Shown here: positions 20,961 through 29,905 of the stretch, piece after piece
How positions within the stretch are numbered: the first letter of the stretch is position 1
Layout of the letters: every line of letters starts with the position of its first letter
Origin: an uncultured Actinomycetota bacterium
Lineage (GTDB): Bacteria > Actinomycetota > Geothermincolia > Geothermincolales > RBG-13-55-18
Assembly (NCBI GenBank): GCA_964462595.1
Contig: CAYWXM010000023.1
Span: 71,543-135,542 of the forward strand
Direction: 5' to 3'
Length of the DNA stretch: 64,000 nt
Notes under the pieces: model-generated
What the model was told of the DNA's origin: nothing
What the model saw: only the letters and a program-made list of their open reading frames with translations
Databases searched by the model: none
Program-made: the position numbers and the translations under genes

Positions 20961-21492
20961 TCTTTCCTCCGTCTTTTTTAATCGCCGGCAACGGCGCCAT
21001 GATCATCTGCATGTTCCGTCCGTCGAGCTTGGGCATCGATTCCACTGTCCCTAGTTCCACCAGCTCTTCGGCCAGTTGCTGCAGAAGATTCCTTCCGAGT
21101 TCCGTGTGGCTCATCTCTCTGCCGCGAAACATTATCGTTACCTTGACCTTGAACCCGGAACTCAGGAATCGCTCTATGTGTTTTCTCTTGATCTCGTAAT
21201 CGTGCCTGTCGATCTTCGGGCGCAGTTTCATCTCCTTGTACGTAACCACGCTTTGTTTCTTGCGCGCCTCCTTCATCTTCACTGTCTGCTCATAGCGATA
21301 CTTGCCGTAATCCATGATCTTGCAGACCGGGGGTTGTGCCTGCGGTGCCACCTCGACCAGATCCAGGTCAAGCTCTTCGGCCATAGCCAGGGCTTCGTCT
21401 ATGCTTTTGATGCCTATCTGGTTGCCCTCCGGCCCTACGAGGCGCACCTCTCTCGCCCTGATCCCCTCGTTAATGCGCGCGTTCTTGTCTAT
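20917..21492 (-). CDS. infC: translation initiation factor IF-3
   Basis: It contains [24 protein letters not shown]...[15 protein letters not shown], the IF-3 sequence. The SD AAGGAGGG is followed 7 nt later by an in-frame ATA codon (21490-21492), which is the probable non-AUG start. The listed ORF begins at an upstream TTG (21513) that contains the SD. The 3' end overlaps the rpmI start. Confidence 0.85.
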   Translation of the reverse strand: MDKNARINEGIRAREVRLVGPEGNQIGIKSIDEALAMAEELDLDLVEVAPQAQPPVCKIMDYGKYRYEQTVKMKEARKKQSVVTYKEMKLRPKIDRHDYEIKRKHIERFLSSGFKVKVTIMFRGREMSHTELGRNLLQQLAEELVELGTVESMPKLDGRNMQMIMAPLPAIKKDGGKNAKNEDTPGSGQEV

Positions 21493-21510
21493 CTGGCATC
21501 CCTCCTTAAT

Positions 21511-21545
21511 CAAAACAAAAGGATAGCGGTTTCTCCCCGCTATCC
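21511..21545 (-). terminator. intrinsic-terminator-like hairpin in the infC leader (candidate L20-responsive attenuator)
   Basis: On the coding strand: GGATAGCGG-ggagaaa-CCGCTATCC (perfect 9-bp stem) followed directly by TTTTGTTTTG and then the infC SD. Confidence 0.5.
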
Positions 21546-21674
21546 ACGGGATCCTGCTCCCAGGAACCCTGGCGGCATCGTATCCGCAGGGTGAGAAGCC
21601 GAACCGCTTCTTCTTCGCTTATATTGCGTTTTCAAGCAGAAAGTATAGTGTATCCTCCAGCTTCAGGCAACTTC

Positions 21675-23897
21675 TCATCCTGCAGCCGCCTTACCCGAGT
21701 CGCCCGTAAAGCCTGCCCGCGAATCCCTTTTAATACCGTATAGGGGAAGGGTTATGTTGAAGGTGGTGCCTCCGCCCTTGGAGCTGTTCGCCCATATCTC
21801 ACCCCCGTGGGCGTTTACCAGCTGCCTGGTGATGGAAAGCCCCAGCCCGGTGCCGCTCTGGTGCCGTGTCGAGGATGAGTCCACCTGATAGAATTTATCG
21901 AAAATCCTCGGGAGATCCTGCGCAGAGATACCGATACCGTTGTCCGATATCTTTATCAGGCAATCCGTTACGGAAGATGTCGCGCTAACCGTGACCTCTC
22001 CGTTTTCCGGGGTGAACTTGATCGCGTTGTGTATGAGGTTCATGAACACCTGGCTCAAGCGCTCGCTGTCGCCGCTGATCAGGGGCATGTCAGCCGGTAT
22101 AGCCAACCTCAGGGTGATGCCCTTCTCTTTTGTGAGGTTGTCCAACTGCTGTGCCACTCCCCCGACAACCCCCGAGAGCTTCACGGGCTCGCTTCGTACT
22201 TTTATCGTCCCCGCCTCGATCCTTGACAGATCCAGGAGATCGTTAATGAGCATGGTGAGCGATTCGGACTGCCTCAACACAACGTCCAGGTAATGCTTCT
22301 GCTTTTCATTGACCCTGCCCACCCTCTCGGCCGCGAGCAGCCTCACGAATCCCTTGATGGAAGTCAGCGGGGTCTTCAGCTCGTGGGACACGATAGATAT
22401 GAAGTCGGACTTCAAGCGGTCCAGCTCGATGAAGTCCGTGATATCGTGAAGCAGTATCACGCCCCCGCCGACTTTTCCTTCGCTGTCTTTCAGGGGAACC
22501 CATATGACGTTGAATATTATCGGTGGCTCCAGCTCCAGGACCATCTCGCTCCTCAGGCCTTCCCCTCCATGCAATACCCTTTCCAGCGCCTTGTGGCAGG
22601 ATACCTCCTTGAACTTCGTGCCACAACGCAATCGCTCAAAGATCTCGATAAGCGGCAGCTGGTAATCCTCCTGCTTCAAACCCATAAGGCGCGATATGAA
22701 CGGGTTTGCCAGTACCAGCCTTCCTCCCTCGTCGATTACCATAAGGCCGTCGGTGAGGCTGTTGATGATAGTCTCTATCTTCGTCTTGTCCTCCAGGGTC
22801 GTACGATACAGGGCGGCCTTTTCCAGTGCCATTGCAGCCTCACTCGACATGGTTAGAAGGATCCTGGCGGAGTCGTCGTCGAAAGAATCTCTTTTTTTCG
22901 AGAAACAGCTCAAGACGCCTATCACGCTCGAGCTGGCGAATAAAGGCACGGCGATCATCGAGGAATATCCTGACTCCTGCAGGTATGGACGGAAACGAGG
23001 GTCCTCTTCGATATCCTTGAGGATGACAGGAAGCACGGCCGAAGCAGACATATAAAGGGGGTTGTCCTTTTCCTGGCCCATCAGGCCGTTAATACGGTTC
23101 TCCTCCAGATTACGGTGCGCCTTAGGGTTCAAAAGCCCCTGCTGGTCGAGCAGAGCCACGGCAATGGCATCGTTTTCGACCAGCTCAGCTGCATTTTCGA
23201 TGAGTACGAAAAGCATCTCCTCTTCGTCTAGCGTAGACGCGAATTTGAGTGATGTGGCGTACAGGGTGGACATCTCCCTGCGCTTGGTGTCGGCCTGGTC
23301 GTAAAGGTTGGTCAGATCCTGCTTTTCCCTTTCCTGCTCGCGTGCCTTGTTGATCACGAAAGACCCCCCCAGCGCTATTATCATGTATATGGGGACGGCC
23401 ATGGCCATGTTCTTGAGGGTTTCGAGGGAAATGGACTCGTAAACAAGGGGCGCGAAATAGACCAGGCAGGTCACGGCGGTTATCAACATCGTCTCCAGCA
23501 GCTCGAAATAAGCGGAAGAGAATATGATCACCGCCAGGAAGAGCAGGGAAATACTGCTCTCGATACCGCCGGCCAGGTATACCATCACCGCTATCAGGAT
23601 GTCTGTCGCCAGGAGAAGGGCGAAATAGGCGATGGGATGGTAACCCTCGTAAGGGAAATAGCGGTTTCCGAGGAACACGAGAACCGACAGGGCGATGAAA
23701 ACGTAAAAAACGACAGACCTGCTGCGCTCGGAATATGGCAGGACGAAGAGCATGGTCGCTACGATAATGGTCAGCCAGAATATCGATGCTATGAAGCGTG
23801 TGGAAGACAGAAGCATGCGCACTCCCTCGCGCTGTTCGCCGCTCTCCGTCTTCGAATACTCCTGTCTTCGGGAAGAACTCGAGTTCATCTGCCTCAA
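21675..23897 (-). CDS. sensor histidine kinase with multi-pass membrane N-terminal domain, GAF, PAS, HisKA and HATPase_c
   Basis: 740-aa ORF. The N-terminus of about 190 aa is strongly hydrophobic (about 6 TM). It has the H-box SHELKTPLTSIKGF and N, G1 and G2 boxes (NLIHNAIKF, DNGIGI, GTGLGL). Confidence 0.85.
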   Translation of the reverse strand: MRQMNSSSSRRQEYSKTESGEQREGVRMLLSSTRFIASIFWLTIIVATMLFVLPYSERSRSVVFYVFIALSVLVFLGNRYFPYEGYHPIAYFALLLATDILIAVMVYLAGGIESSISLLFLAVIIFSSAYFELLETMLITAVTCLVYFAPLVYESISLETLKNMAMAVPIYMIIALGGSFVINKAREQEREKQDLTNLYDQADTKRREMSTLYATSLKFASTLDEEEMLFVLIENAAELVENDAIAVALLDQQGLLNPKAHRNLEENRINGLMGQEKDNPLYMSASAVLPVILKDIEEDPRFRPYLQESGYSSMIAVPLFASSSVIGVLSCFSKKRDSFDDDSARILLTMSSEAAMALEKAALYRTTLEDKTKIETIINSLTDGLMVIDEGGRLVLANPFISRLMGLKQEDYQLPLIEIFERLRCGTKFKEVSCHKALERVLHGGEGLRSEMVLELEPPIIFNVIWVPLKDSEGKVGGGVILLHDITDFIELDRLKSDFISIVSHELKTPLTSIKGFVRLLAAERVGRVNEKQKHYLDVVLRQSESLTMLINDLLDLSRIEAGTIKVRSEPVKLSGVVGGVAQQLDNLTKEKGITLRLAIPADMPLISGDSERLSQVFMNLIHNAIKFTPENGEVTVSATSSVTDCLIKISDNGIGISAQDLPRIFDKFYQVDSSSTRHQSGTGLGLSITRQLVNAHGGEIWANSSKGGGTTFNITLPLYGIKRDSRAGFTGDSGKAAAG

Positions 23898-23915
23898 GAC
23901 CTCGCTGTAATCCTT

Positions 23916-25022
23916 TTAATCCCTGCGCCTCCGGTCGAAAACAAGATTACTGCCTTGCATGTTCTTGGCATATTTCTTCAGTTCCGCCGCGATCTGCGCC
24001 ACCTTGCCCGGATGGTCCAAAGAGCGGTAAGTGTTATGAACTACGGCGATGCTGATGGTCATGATAGGAAAATTGTTTACCTTACCCTGCCGGTCGGTGC
24101 TGATGATATATCCCTTTTCGCGGTCATCCGGTGCGTACTGTGAAGGTATACGCGTATCGAACAACTTGATTATCTCCTGGGATATCAGGGGTGCTCGTTC
24201 CATCTCGGTGATCACGATGAAGTCGTCTCCTCCGATATGACCGACGAAATCATCCTTGACGCCGAACTTCTCCAGAGCATCCATGATAGCCTTCGTAGTC
24301 AGCTTTATGACCTCGCTCCCCGCCAGAAAGCCATAGCGGTCGTTGTAGGCCTTGAAGTCGTCTAAGTCGATGTAGCAGACGGCGAACTTCGCTCCCGTCT
24401 TTATACGCGCTTCTATGACTTCCTCAAGGGCTCGATTACCGGGAAGACCGGTTAACGGGCTTGCTTCACCGTCGCGGACAGACCGTCTGAGGTGCATGTT
24501 TATCCTGGCCTCGAGCTCCAGGGGATCAAATGGTTTGGTCATGTAATCGTCCGCACCGGTTTCCATACCCTTTATCTTGTCTTCCAGCATGCCCTTCGCT
24601 GTAAGCAGGATGATGGGGATATGGCTGGTCAAAGCCTCCCCTCGTAACCTCAGGCAGACCTCGAGGCCATCGAGATCGGGCATCATCACGTCCAGCACGA
24701 TTATATCCGGCCTATCCGTCTCGCATATCTGAAGCGCTTCCCTTCCATCTCTTGCCACTACGGGGTCGTATTTCCCGTCGCCAAGTGTCTCCAGGATAAG
24801 CTCGCGGATGTATGGATCGTCGTCCACCACGAGGATCTTGTGTCTCTTGGTCCTCTCCAGGGTTTCCGCCGTTTCACCCCTCAGTATCTCGTCGAACAAT
24901 TTTTCACCTCCGACACGGATCCCCACCTCTCCAGCGCGCACCGCTATGCATCGCAACCATGGAGTCCCCACGAAAAACATTGACGCATGGTCTCCTTCAC
25001 CTGATGACCGGATCACCCCCAT
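23916..25022 (-). CDS. response regulator with receiver domain fused to GGDEF-type diguanylate cyclase domain (GGDDF variant)
   Basis: REC (ILVVDDDP...IIVLDVMMPDLDG...TAKG) followed by a GGDEF domain (TGLPGNRALE...YIDLDDFKAYND...GHIGGDDFIV). The 5' end overlaps the upstream HD-GYP gene, so the real start is probably internal (around MFFVG or later). Confidence 0.85.
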   Translation of the reverse strand: MGVIRSSGEGDHASMFFVGTPWLRCIAVRAGEVGIRVGGEKLFDEILRGETAETLERTKRHKILVVDDDPYIRELILETLGDGKYDPVVARDGREALQICETDRPDIIVLDVMMPDLDGLEVCLRLRGEALTSHIPIILLTAKGMLEDKIKGMETGADDYMTKPFDPLELEARINMHLRRSVRDGEASPLTGLPGNRALEEVIEARIKTGAKFAVCYIDLDDFKAYNDRYGFLAGSEVIKLTTKAIMDALEKFGVKDDFVGHIGGDDFIVITEMERAPLISQEIIKLFDTRIPSQYAPDDREKGYIISTDRQGKVNNFPIMTISIAVVHNTYRSLDHPGKVAQIAAELKKYAKNMQGSNLVFDRRRRD

Positions 25023-26997
25023 GCCTGTCGAGGATTTCCATGAATATGGATACTATCTCCGGATCGAACTGGCCTCCGGAGTTACGCTTCAGTTCGTCTA
25101 TCGCCTTTTCCAGCGGAAGTGCGCGACGGTAAGGGCGGTCGGATCGCATGGCCTCGAAGGCGTCCGCCACGGAAAGGATGCGCGCGCACAGCGGTATCCC
25201 GTTTCCCTTGAGACCATCCGGATATCCCTTGCCGTCAAAGCGTTCGTGGTGATGAAGGATAATGGGCCTGGGGCCCTGGAGGAACTCCACCGGCTCAACG
25301 ATGCTGTCTCCCAGCGCCGGGTGCGTCTTCACGTGAGAATATTCCTCGTTCGTAAGGCTCCCCGGCTTGTTGAGAACCCTTCCGGCTATCCCTATCTTAC
25401 CGATATCATGCAGGGTGGCCGCGTATTTGAGCTTCTGCTTATCCCTTTCTTCAAGGCACATGGTATCAGCGATCATCATCGCGTATTCCGTCACCCTTTC
25501 GGAATGGCCGTGTGTATATGGGTCCTTTACCTCTATCGCTTTGGCCAGAGCCTTCACCGTGGAGAAATAGCTCTTTTCTATGTCTTCGTACAGGGCGGCG
25601 TTTTCTATGGCCATGGAAGCTTGTGCGGCGATAGCCCTTACCACCTCCACCTCATCCCTCTTCAGCCCAACTGCATATTTACAGGGATAGAAGAGCGCGA
25701 ATAGCCCCCTGAGTCTCTCCTTGGAGCTCAGGGGGAACATGGAGACCAGGCCCACCCCATGTTCGTTCATTACTTCCCCGGGAAGCAGGCAGGCGGCTTG
25801 CGAGGCAGGAAGGAAGACGGGATCGCCCCGCATCAAGGTTTCTACCTCCAGGTCCTGCAGGCCATCTACGGTGAATCCCGCCTCTGTTCCGCCGCTCCAA
25901 TGGCTTTCTTCTATGAAGCCGTAGTGAGCCGAGGGCTCGAATCTCTCCGCCTCCTCGTCGTGGAGGTAGATGATACACATGACAACGCCACAGAGGTCCA
26001 CGGTCATCTGTACGACCTGCTCCAGTATCTGGCTTATATCCAGGGTGGAATTGATAGCCCTGGTTATCTCCAGCAAAGCCACCGTCTCCTTGATCTTTCT
26101 CTGTTCCCGCTCGTGCAGATAAGCGTTTTCCAGGGCTACGGCCATCCGTCTGGCAAACCTGCTCGCAAGTTCCGCATCACCGGCCGTGAAATCCCCTCTT
26201 TCCTTTCCGGCCGCGATCATTATGAGTCCCGTAGTGCGACCTCTCACCAGCATGGGTATAAGCAGCGAGGCTGCCGCCTCGATCCTTCTCGTTTGTTCTC
26301 CCAGGAACGAATCCTCTTCTCCTGGAACCCACCGGTGCGGTTCCCCTTTATGCAGCAGATGATGTGCTGCGGCCTCGTCCAGCCGCATGCAGGATCCATC
26401 GTCTCCGTGCAGAGCCTTTTCGCCTCCCACTAACGTCAGGAACCGTGAGGCATCGACTTCGAACATGGCGGCGTATGGGATGCCAAGGAGCTTTTTCAAC
26501 CTGGCGAGCCCGATCTTTGTGAGCGTAGGAGGATCGAGTGTCGCCGCTATGGTATCCGGGAAAGCGTCTATCTCTCGCAGTTGCTGCGCCATGACTTCGC
26601 GCTTCCTTTCCTCGGCCTTCATGTAGGAGTCGAAGATCAGCGCTTGCGCTTTGAGCATGCCGCTGCTGATCCCGTTCAGGCCGAAGCAGTCATCGCCGCA
26701 CTTGAGCCTGTCCTGTACACCCGAGATCAGCGCTTTGACGAATACGCTTGCCGCGCTCCAGTCGAGGCCGCACTGCGACAGACTAACGGCCAGCTCGCTC
26801 AGCCCCTTTCCCGCTGAGGATATCTCCTTCTCGTCCTGCTCCAAGGCGTAATCGAAGAGCATGGCCAATACCCGGTGGCAATCGATTCCTTTATTCGCCA
26901 TTAGGCTATGTTCTGCGGTCGATAGCGCCTGCAAGGCGTGGTCCAGCACGTCGTCGCGCTCGCCTGCTAGCAGGGTTTTTTCTGACCAGATGGTCAT
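24997..26997 (-). CDS. GAF-GAF-HD-GYP c-di-GMP phosphodiesterase
   Basis: 666-aa ORF with two GAF-like regions and a C-terminal HD-GYP domain (HDIGKIGI...HHHERFDGKGYPDGLKG). Confidence 0.85.
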   Translation of the reverse strand: MTIWSEKTLLAGERDDVLDHALQALSTAEHSLMANKGIDCHRVLAMLFDYALEQDEKEISSAGKGLSELAVSLSQCGLDWSAASVFVKALISGVQDRLKCGDDCFGLNGISSGMLKAQALIFDSYMKAEERKREVMAQQLREIDAFPDTIAATLDPPTLTKIGLARLKKLLGIPYAAMFEVDASRFLTLVGGEKALHGDDGSCMRLDEAAAHHLLHKGEPHRWVPGEEDSFLGEQTRRIEAAASLLIPMLVRGRTTGLIMIAAGKERGDFTAGDAELASRFARRMAVALENAYLHEREQRKIKETVALLEITRAINSTLDISQILEQVVQMTVDLCGVVMCIIYLHDEEAERFEPSAHYGFIEESHWSGGTEAGFTVDGLQDLEVETLMRGDPVFLPASQAACLLPGEVMNEHGVGLVSMFPLSSKERLRGLFALFYPCKYAVGLKRDEVEVVRAIAAQASMAIENAALYEDIEKSYFSTVKALAKAIEVKDPYTHGHSERVTEYAMMIADTMCLEERDKQKLKYAATLHDIGKIGIAGRVLNKPGSLTNEEYSHVKTHPALGDSIVEPVEFLQGPRPIILHHHERFDGKGYPDGLKGNGIPLCARILSVADAFEAMRSDRPYRRALPLEKAIDELKRNSGGQFDPEIVSIFMEILDRHGGDPVIR

Positions 26998-27529
26998 AGT
27001 GGCTTTATTCTCCTGTAACCTACAAAAGCGCCGATGCTTCCATAGAGATTATCGGCAAGGCAGCAATCGTGTTTTAACTTTGCGGCTTATATTACTGTAG
27101 GGTAGCTTCAACGGCGCCGTAGATGGCAAACGGCGGTGCCGTCTACCCCCTCATATTCCTGCCTGCCGTGGTTTTAGAGAAGGGGCATTACCCATAGAGC
27201 CTTTGGTTATATCAGGGGTTTGATTTTTCCAGTCAAGGTCATGTCGGGGTGGCCATGGCTGCTTACCGCCAGCGCGGAGCGTACAGCCAGGGCCTTTCCC
27301 GGTAAAGGAATCCCCTCGTCAGCACGGACAATTACTCGCTAAAGGGCTGCCAGATCGAGTTCGATACTCGTGAAGGGGTTTATCCGTCCATATTGTATCA
27401 AGCAGGACAGGCGTTGCTTTTGCCCGTTCCCCCGGGATGGAAAGGCATCCGCAAGGGGAGCCTCTTAGGCCGTGGCCCTGGAGCTGAAATGTGGGGATGG
27501 GGTAGCGTGCTGCCCTCTTCCGCCGCGCC

Positions 27530-27994
27530 CTATTTTATCTCTTTCAGCAGATTGCCCATCTCCACTGCGGTAATTGCGGCTTCCCAGCCCTTATTGCCCT
27601 GCTTGGCTCCGGCTCTATCGACCGCCTGCTCAATCGTGTCCGCGGTAATGACGCCGAAAACAGCTGGAATGCCCCTGTCCAGGCTTACCCTGGCTACACC
27701 CTTTGAGACCTCGGAGGCCACGTAATCGAAATGCGGCGTCGAGCCGCGTATAACGGCTCCGAGGCATATCACGGCATCATAGATTCCGCTTGCAGCAAGC
27801 TTGGACGCAACCAGGGGTATCTCGAACGCCCCGGGGACCCAGGCGATATCCACATTCTCCATGTCGGCATCATGTCGCTTGAGGGCATCCAGGGCGCCGT
27901 CAAGCAATCGCGTGCTTATAAATTCGTTGAATCGCGCTACCACGATGGCGAATTTGAGCCCCGCTGCTACCAGGTGTCCCTCATAGGTCGGCAT
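27530..27994 (-). CDS. ribH: 6,7-dimethyl-8-ribityllumazine synthase
   Basis: 154-aa ORF with RFNEFI...GAFEIP...[18 protein letters not shown], the lumazine synthase signature. Confidence 0.95.
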   Translation of the reverse strand: MPTYEGHLVAAGLKFAIVVARFNEFISTRLLDGALDALKRHDADMENVDIAWVPGAFEIPLVASKLAASGIYDAVICLGAVIRGSTPHFDYVASEVSKGVARVSLDRGIPAVFGVITADTIEQAVDRAGAKQGNKGWEAAITAVEMGNLLKEIK

Positions 27995-28008
27995 TGCGTT
28001 CTCCTTTC

Positions 28009-29244
28009 CTAGAAATCAAGGATGTGGTTCAGTTTATCCTGTTTTGTCTTTAGATAGGCGTAATTATCCTCGCACGGTTCCACTATCAGGGGTATGCGTT
28101 CGACCACTTTCAGCCCGTATCCTTCCAGGCCGACCCTTTTAGCCGGGTTGTTGGTCATCAGCCTCATCGTCGTAAGCCCGAGATCGGACAGGATCTGCGC
28201 CCCGATGCCATAATCTCGCGCATCTGGCGGGAAGCCCAGTTCCAGATTCGCCTCGACGGTGTCCTTTCCGTTCTCCTGCAGCTCGTAGGCCTTCAGCTTG
28301 TGGGTAAGGCCGATGCCCCGGCCCTCGTGCCCGATGATATACAGGAAGACGCCTTCCCCTTCCTCTTCGATCATCTGCAGCGCCATGCGTAATTGCAGGC
28401 CACAATCGCAGCGCAAAGACAGAAACACGTCTCCGGTCAGGCATTCGGAGTGCACCCTTACCAGTACGTTTTCCTTCCCCTCGACGTCTCCTTTCACCAG
28501 GGCGATAAGGTTGCGCCCATCTATCAGCGATTCGTAACCTATGGCGCGAAATACGCCGAATACAGTGGGTAGGCGCACCTCGGCGATACGCCTTACGAGC
28601 GTCTCATAGCGATTTCTATATCGTATGAGGTCTTCGATGGTGACCATCTTCAGGCCGAACTTCTCTTTTATCTTCGCCAGTTGTGGTACGCGGGCCATGC
28701 TGCCGTCATCGTTCATGATCTCGCATATTACTCCAGCCGGGAAAAGGCCGGCCAGCCTGGACAGGTCCACCGCGGCCTCCGTGTGGCCTGCCCTGCGCAA
28801 TACCCCTCCGTCGCGAGCCCGCAGGGGGAACACATGCCCCGGCCTCGAGATATCCTCGGGCCTGGTTTCGGGGTCCAGTACCGCCTGGACTGTAACGGCA
28901 CGGTCGTAAGCTGAGATACCCGTGGTTATCTTCCCTTTGGCTCCTATGGATACGGTGAACGCCGTCTCGTGCGTGGAGGTGTTTTCCGGCACCATTGGAT
29001 GTATGTTCAGCTCGTCCAGCCGCTTTCCCACGCAGGGCATGCATATCAGGCCTCTTCCGTTCTTGGCCATGAAATTGATGGCTTCTGGAGTCACTCTTTC
29101 GGCCGCCATGAGGAAATCGCCCTCGTTCTCCCTGTCCTCGTCATCGACCACGATTATCAGCTTCCCCTCGCGGATGTCCTCTATGGCCTCCTCTATCGAG
29201 TTGAAAGGTCTCCCTTCGTTTACGCTCTGCTCTTCTTTCATCAC
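28009..29244 (-). CDS. ribBA: bifunctional 3,4-dihydroxy-2-butanone-4-phosphate synthase / GTP cyclohydrolase II
   Basis: 411-aa ORF with a DHBP synthase N-half ([10 protein letters not shown]) and a GTP cyclohydrolase II C-half (CDCGLQ zinc motif). Confidence 0.95.
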   Translation of the reverse strand: MMKEEQSVNEGRPFNSIEEAIEDIREGKLIIVVDDEDRENEGDFLMAAERVTPEAINFMAKNGRGLICMPCVGKRLDELNIHPMVPENTSTHETAFTVSIGAKGKITTGISAYDRAVTVQAVLDPETRPEDISRPGHVFPLRARDGGVLRRAGHTEAAVDLSRLAGLFPAGVICEIMNDDGSMARVPQLAKIKEKFGLKMVTIEDLIRYRNRYETLVRRIAEVRLPTVFGVFRAIGYESLIDGRNLIALVKGDVEGKENVLVRVHSECLTGDVFLSLRCDCGLQLRMALQMIEEEGEGVFLYIIGHEGRGIGLTHKLKAYELQENGKDTVEANLELGFPPDARDYGIGAQILSDLGLTTMRLMTNNPAKRVGLEGYGLKVVERIPLIVEPCEDNYAYLKTKQDKLNHILDF

Positions 29245-29903
29245 ATAAAACCTCCTTCAACGAGCTTCTCGCGCAAAGACGCATCGCTTTCCCCGGTATA
29301 ATCTGTGCCGTTGATGCCGCGCCTCATATAGCTGTAAACGTATTTCGCCAGTATATCCACCTCGAGGTTAACCTCATCGCCGGGCTTTATCCCCCCCAGG
29401 TTAGTGTTTTCAATGGTATGGGGAATAGCGGCTACGCTGACCCTGCCGTCCCCCAAAGCGCTGACGGTAAGGCTTATCCCGTTAACCGCCACCGACCCTT
29501 TCTCGACCAGATAGCCCATGACCTGCGGGGGGGCGGAGAAAGAATACACACAACCTTGCCCGGATCTTTTTATCTCCGTCGCCTTGCCTACGCCGTCAAC
29601 GTGTCCCTGCACTATGTGCCCCCCCAGACGTTCTCCCAGGCTGAGGGCTCTCTCCAGGTTTACCGCAGAGCCTCTGTCGAGACCCCCCAGGTTGGAGCGC
29701 TCGAGGCTTTCCTCGGATATATCCGAGACGAATTCCCCCCTGTTTTTCTCCACCACGGTCAGGCAGACGCCGTTTACCGCCACCGAATCGCCTATCTTTA
29801 GCTCGTCCCATATCGAGGAGCACGAAACGGATATCCTCGCCCCCGGCGCGAGCATCCTGATATCCCTCACGGTTCCGATCTCCTCGATTATCCCGGTGAA
29901 CAA
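29241..29903 (-). CDS. ribE: riboflavin synthase alpha subunit
   Basis: It contains [11 protein letters not shown] and a second lumazine-binding repeat ([10 protein letters not shown]). The probable TTG start gives (M)FTGIIEE. The listed ORF has a 65-aa R/G-rich extension running through ribD. Confidence 0.9.
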   Translation of the reverse strand: MFTGIIEEIGTVRDIRMLAPGARISVSCSSIWDELKIGDSVAVNGVCLTVVEKNRGEFVSDISEESLERSNLGGLDRGSAVNLERALSLGERLGGHIVQGHVDGVGKATEIKRSGQGCVYSFSAPPQVMGYLVEKGSVAVNGISLTVSALGDGRVSVAAIPHTIENTNLGGIKPGDEVNLEVDILAKYVYSYMRRGINGTDYTGESDASLREKLVEGGFM

Positions 29904-29905
29904 CT

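Noticed and set aside
26998-27529. Possible c-di-GMP (GEMM) riboswitch in front of the HD-GYP operon
   Set aside because: Only a GGCAAAC-like fragment is present, and it is on the wrong strand. The conserved GEMM-I blocks are absent on the minus strand. I kept it only as an unexplained intergenic region.
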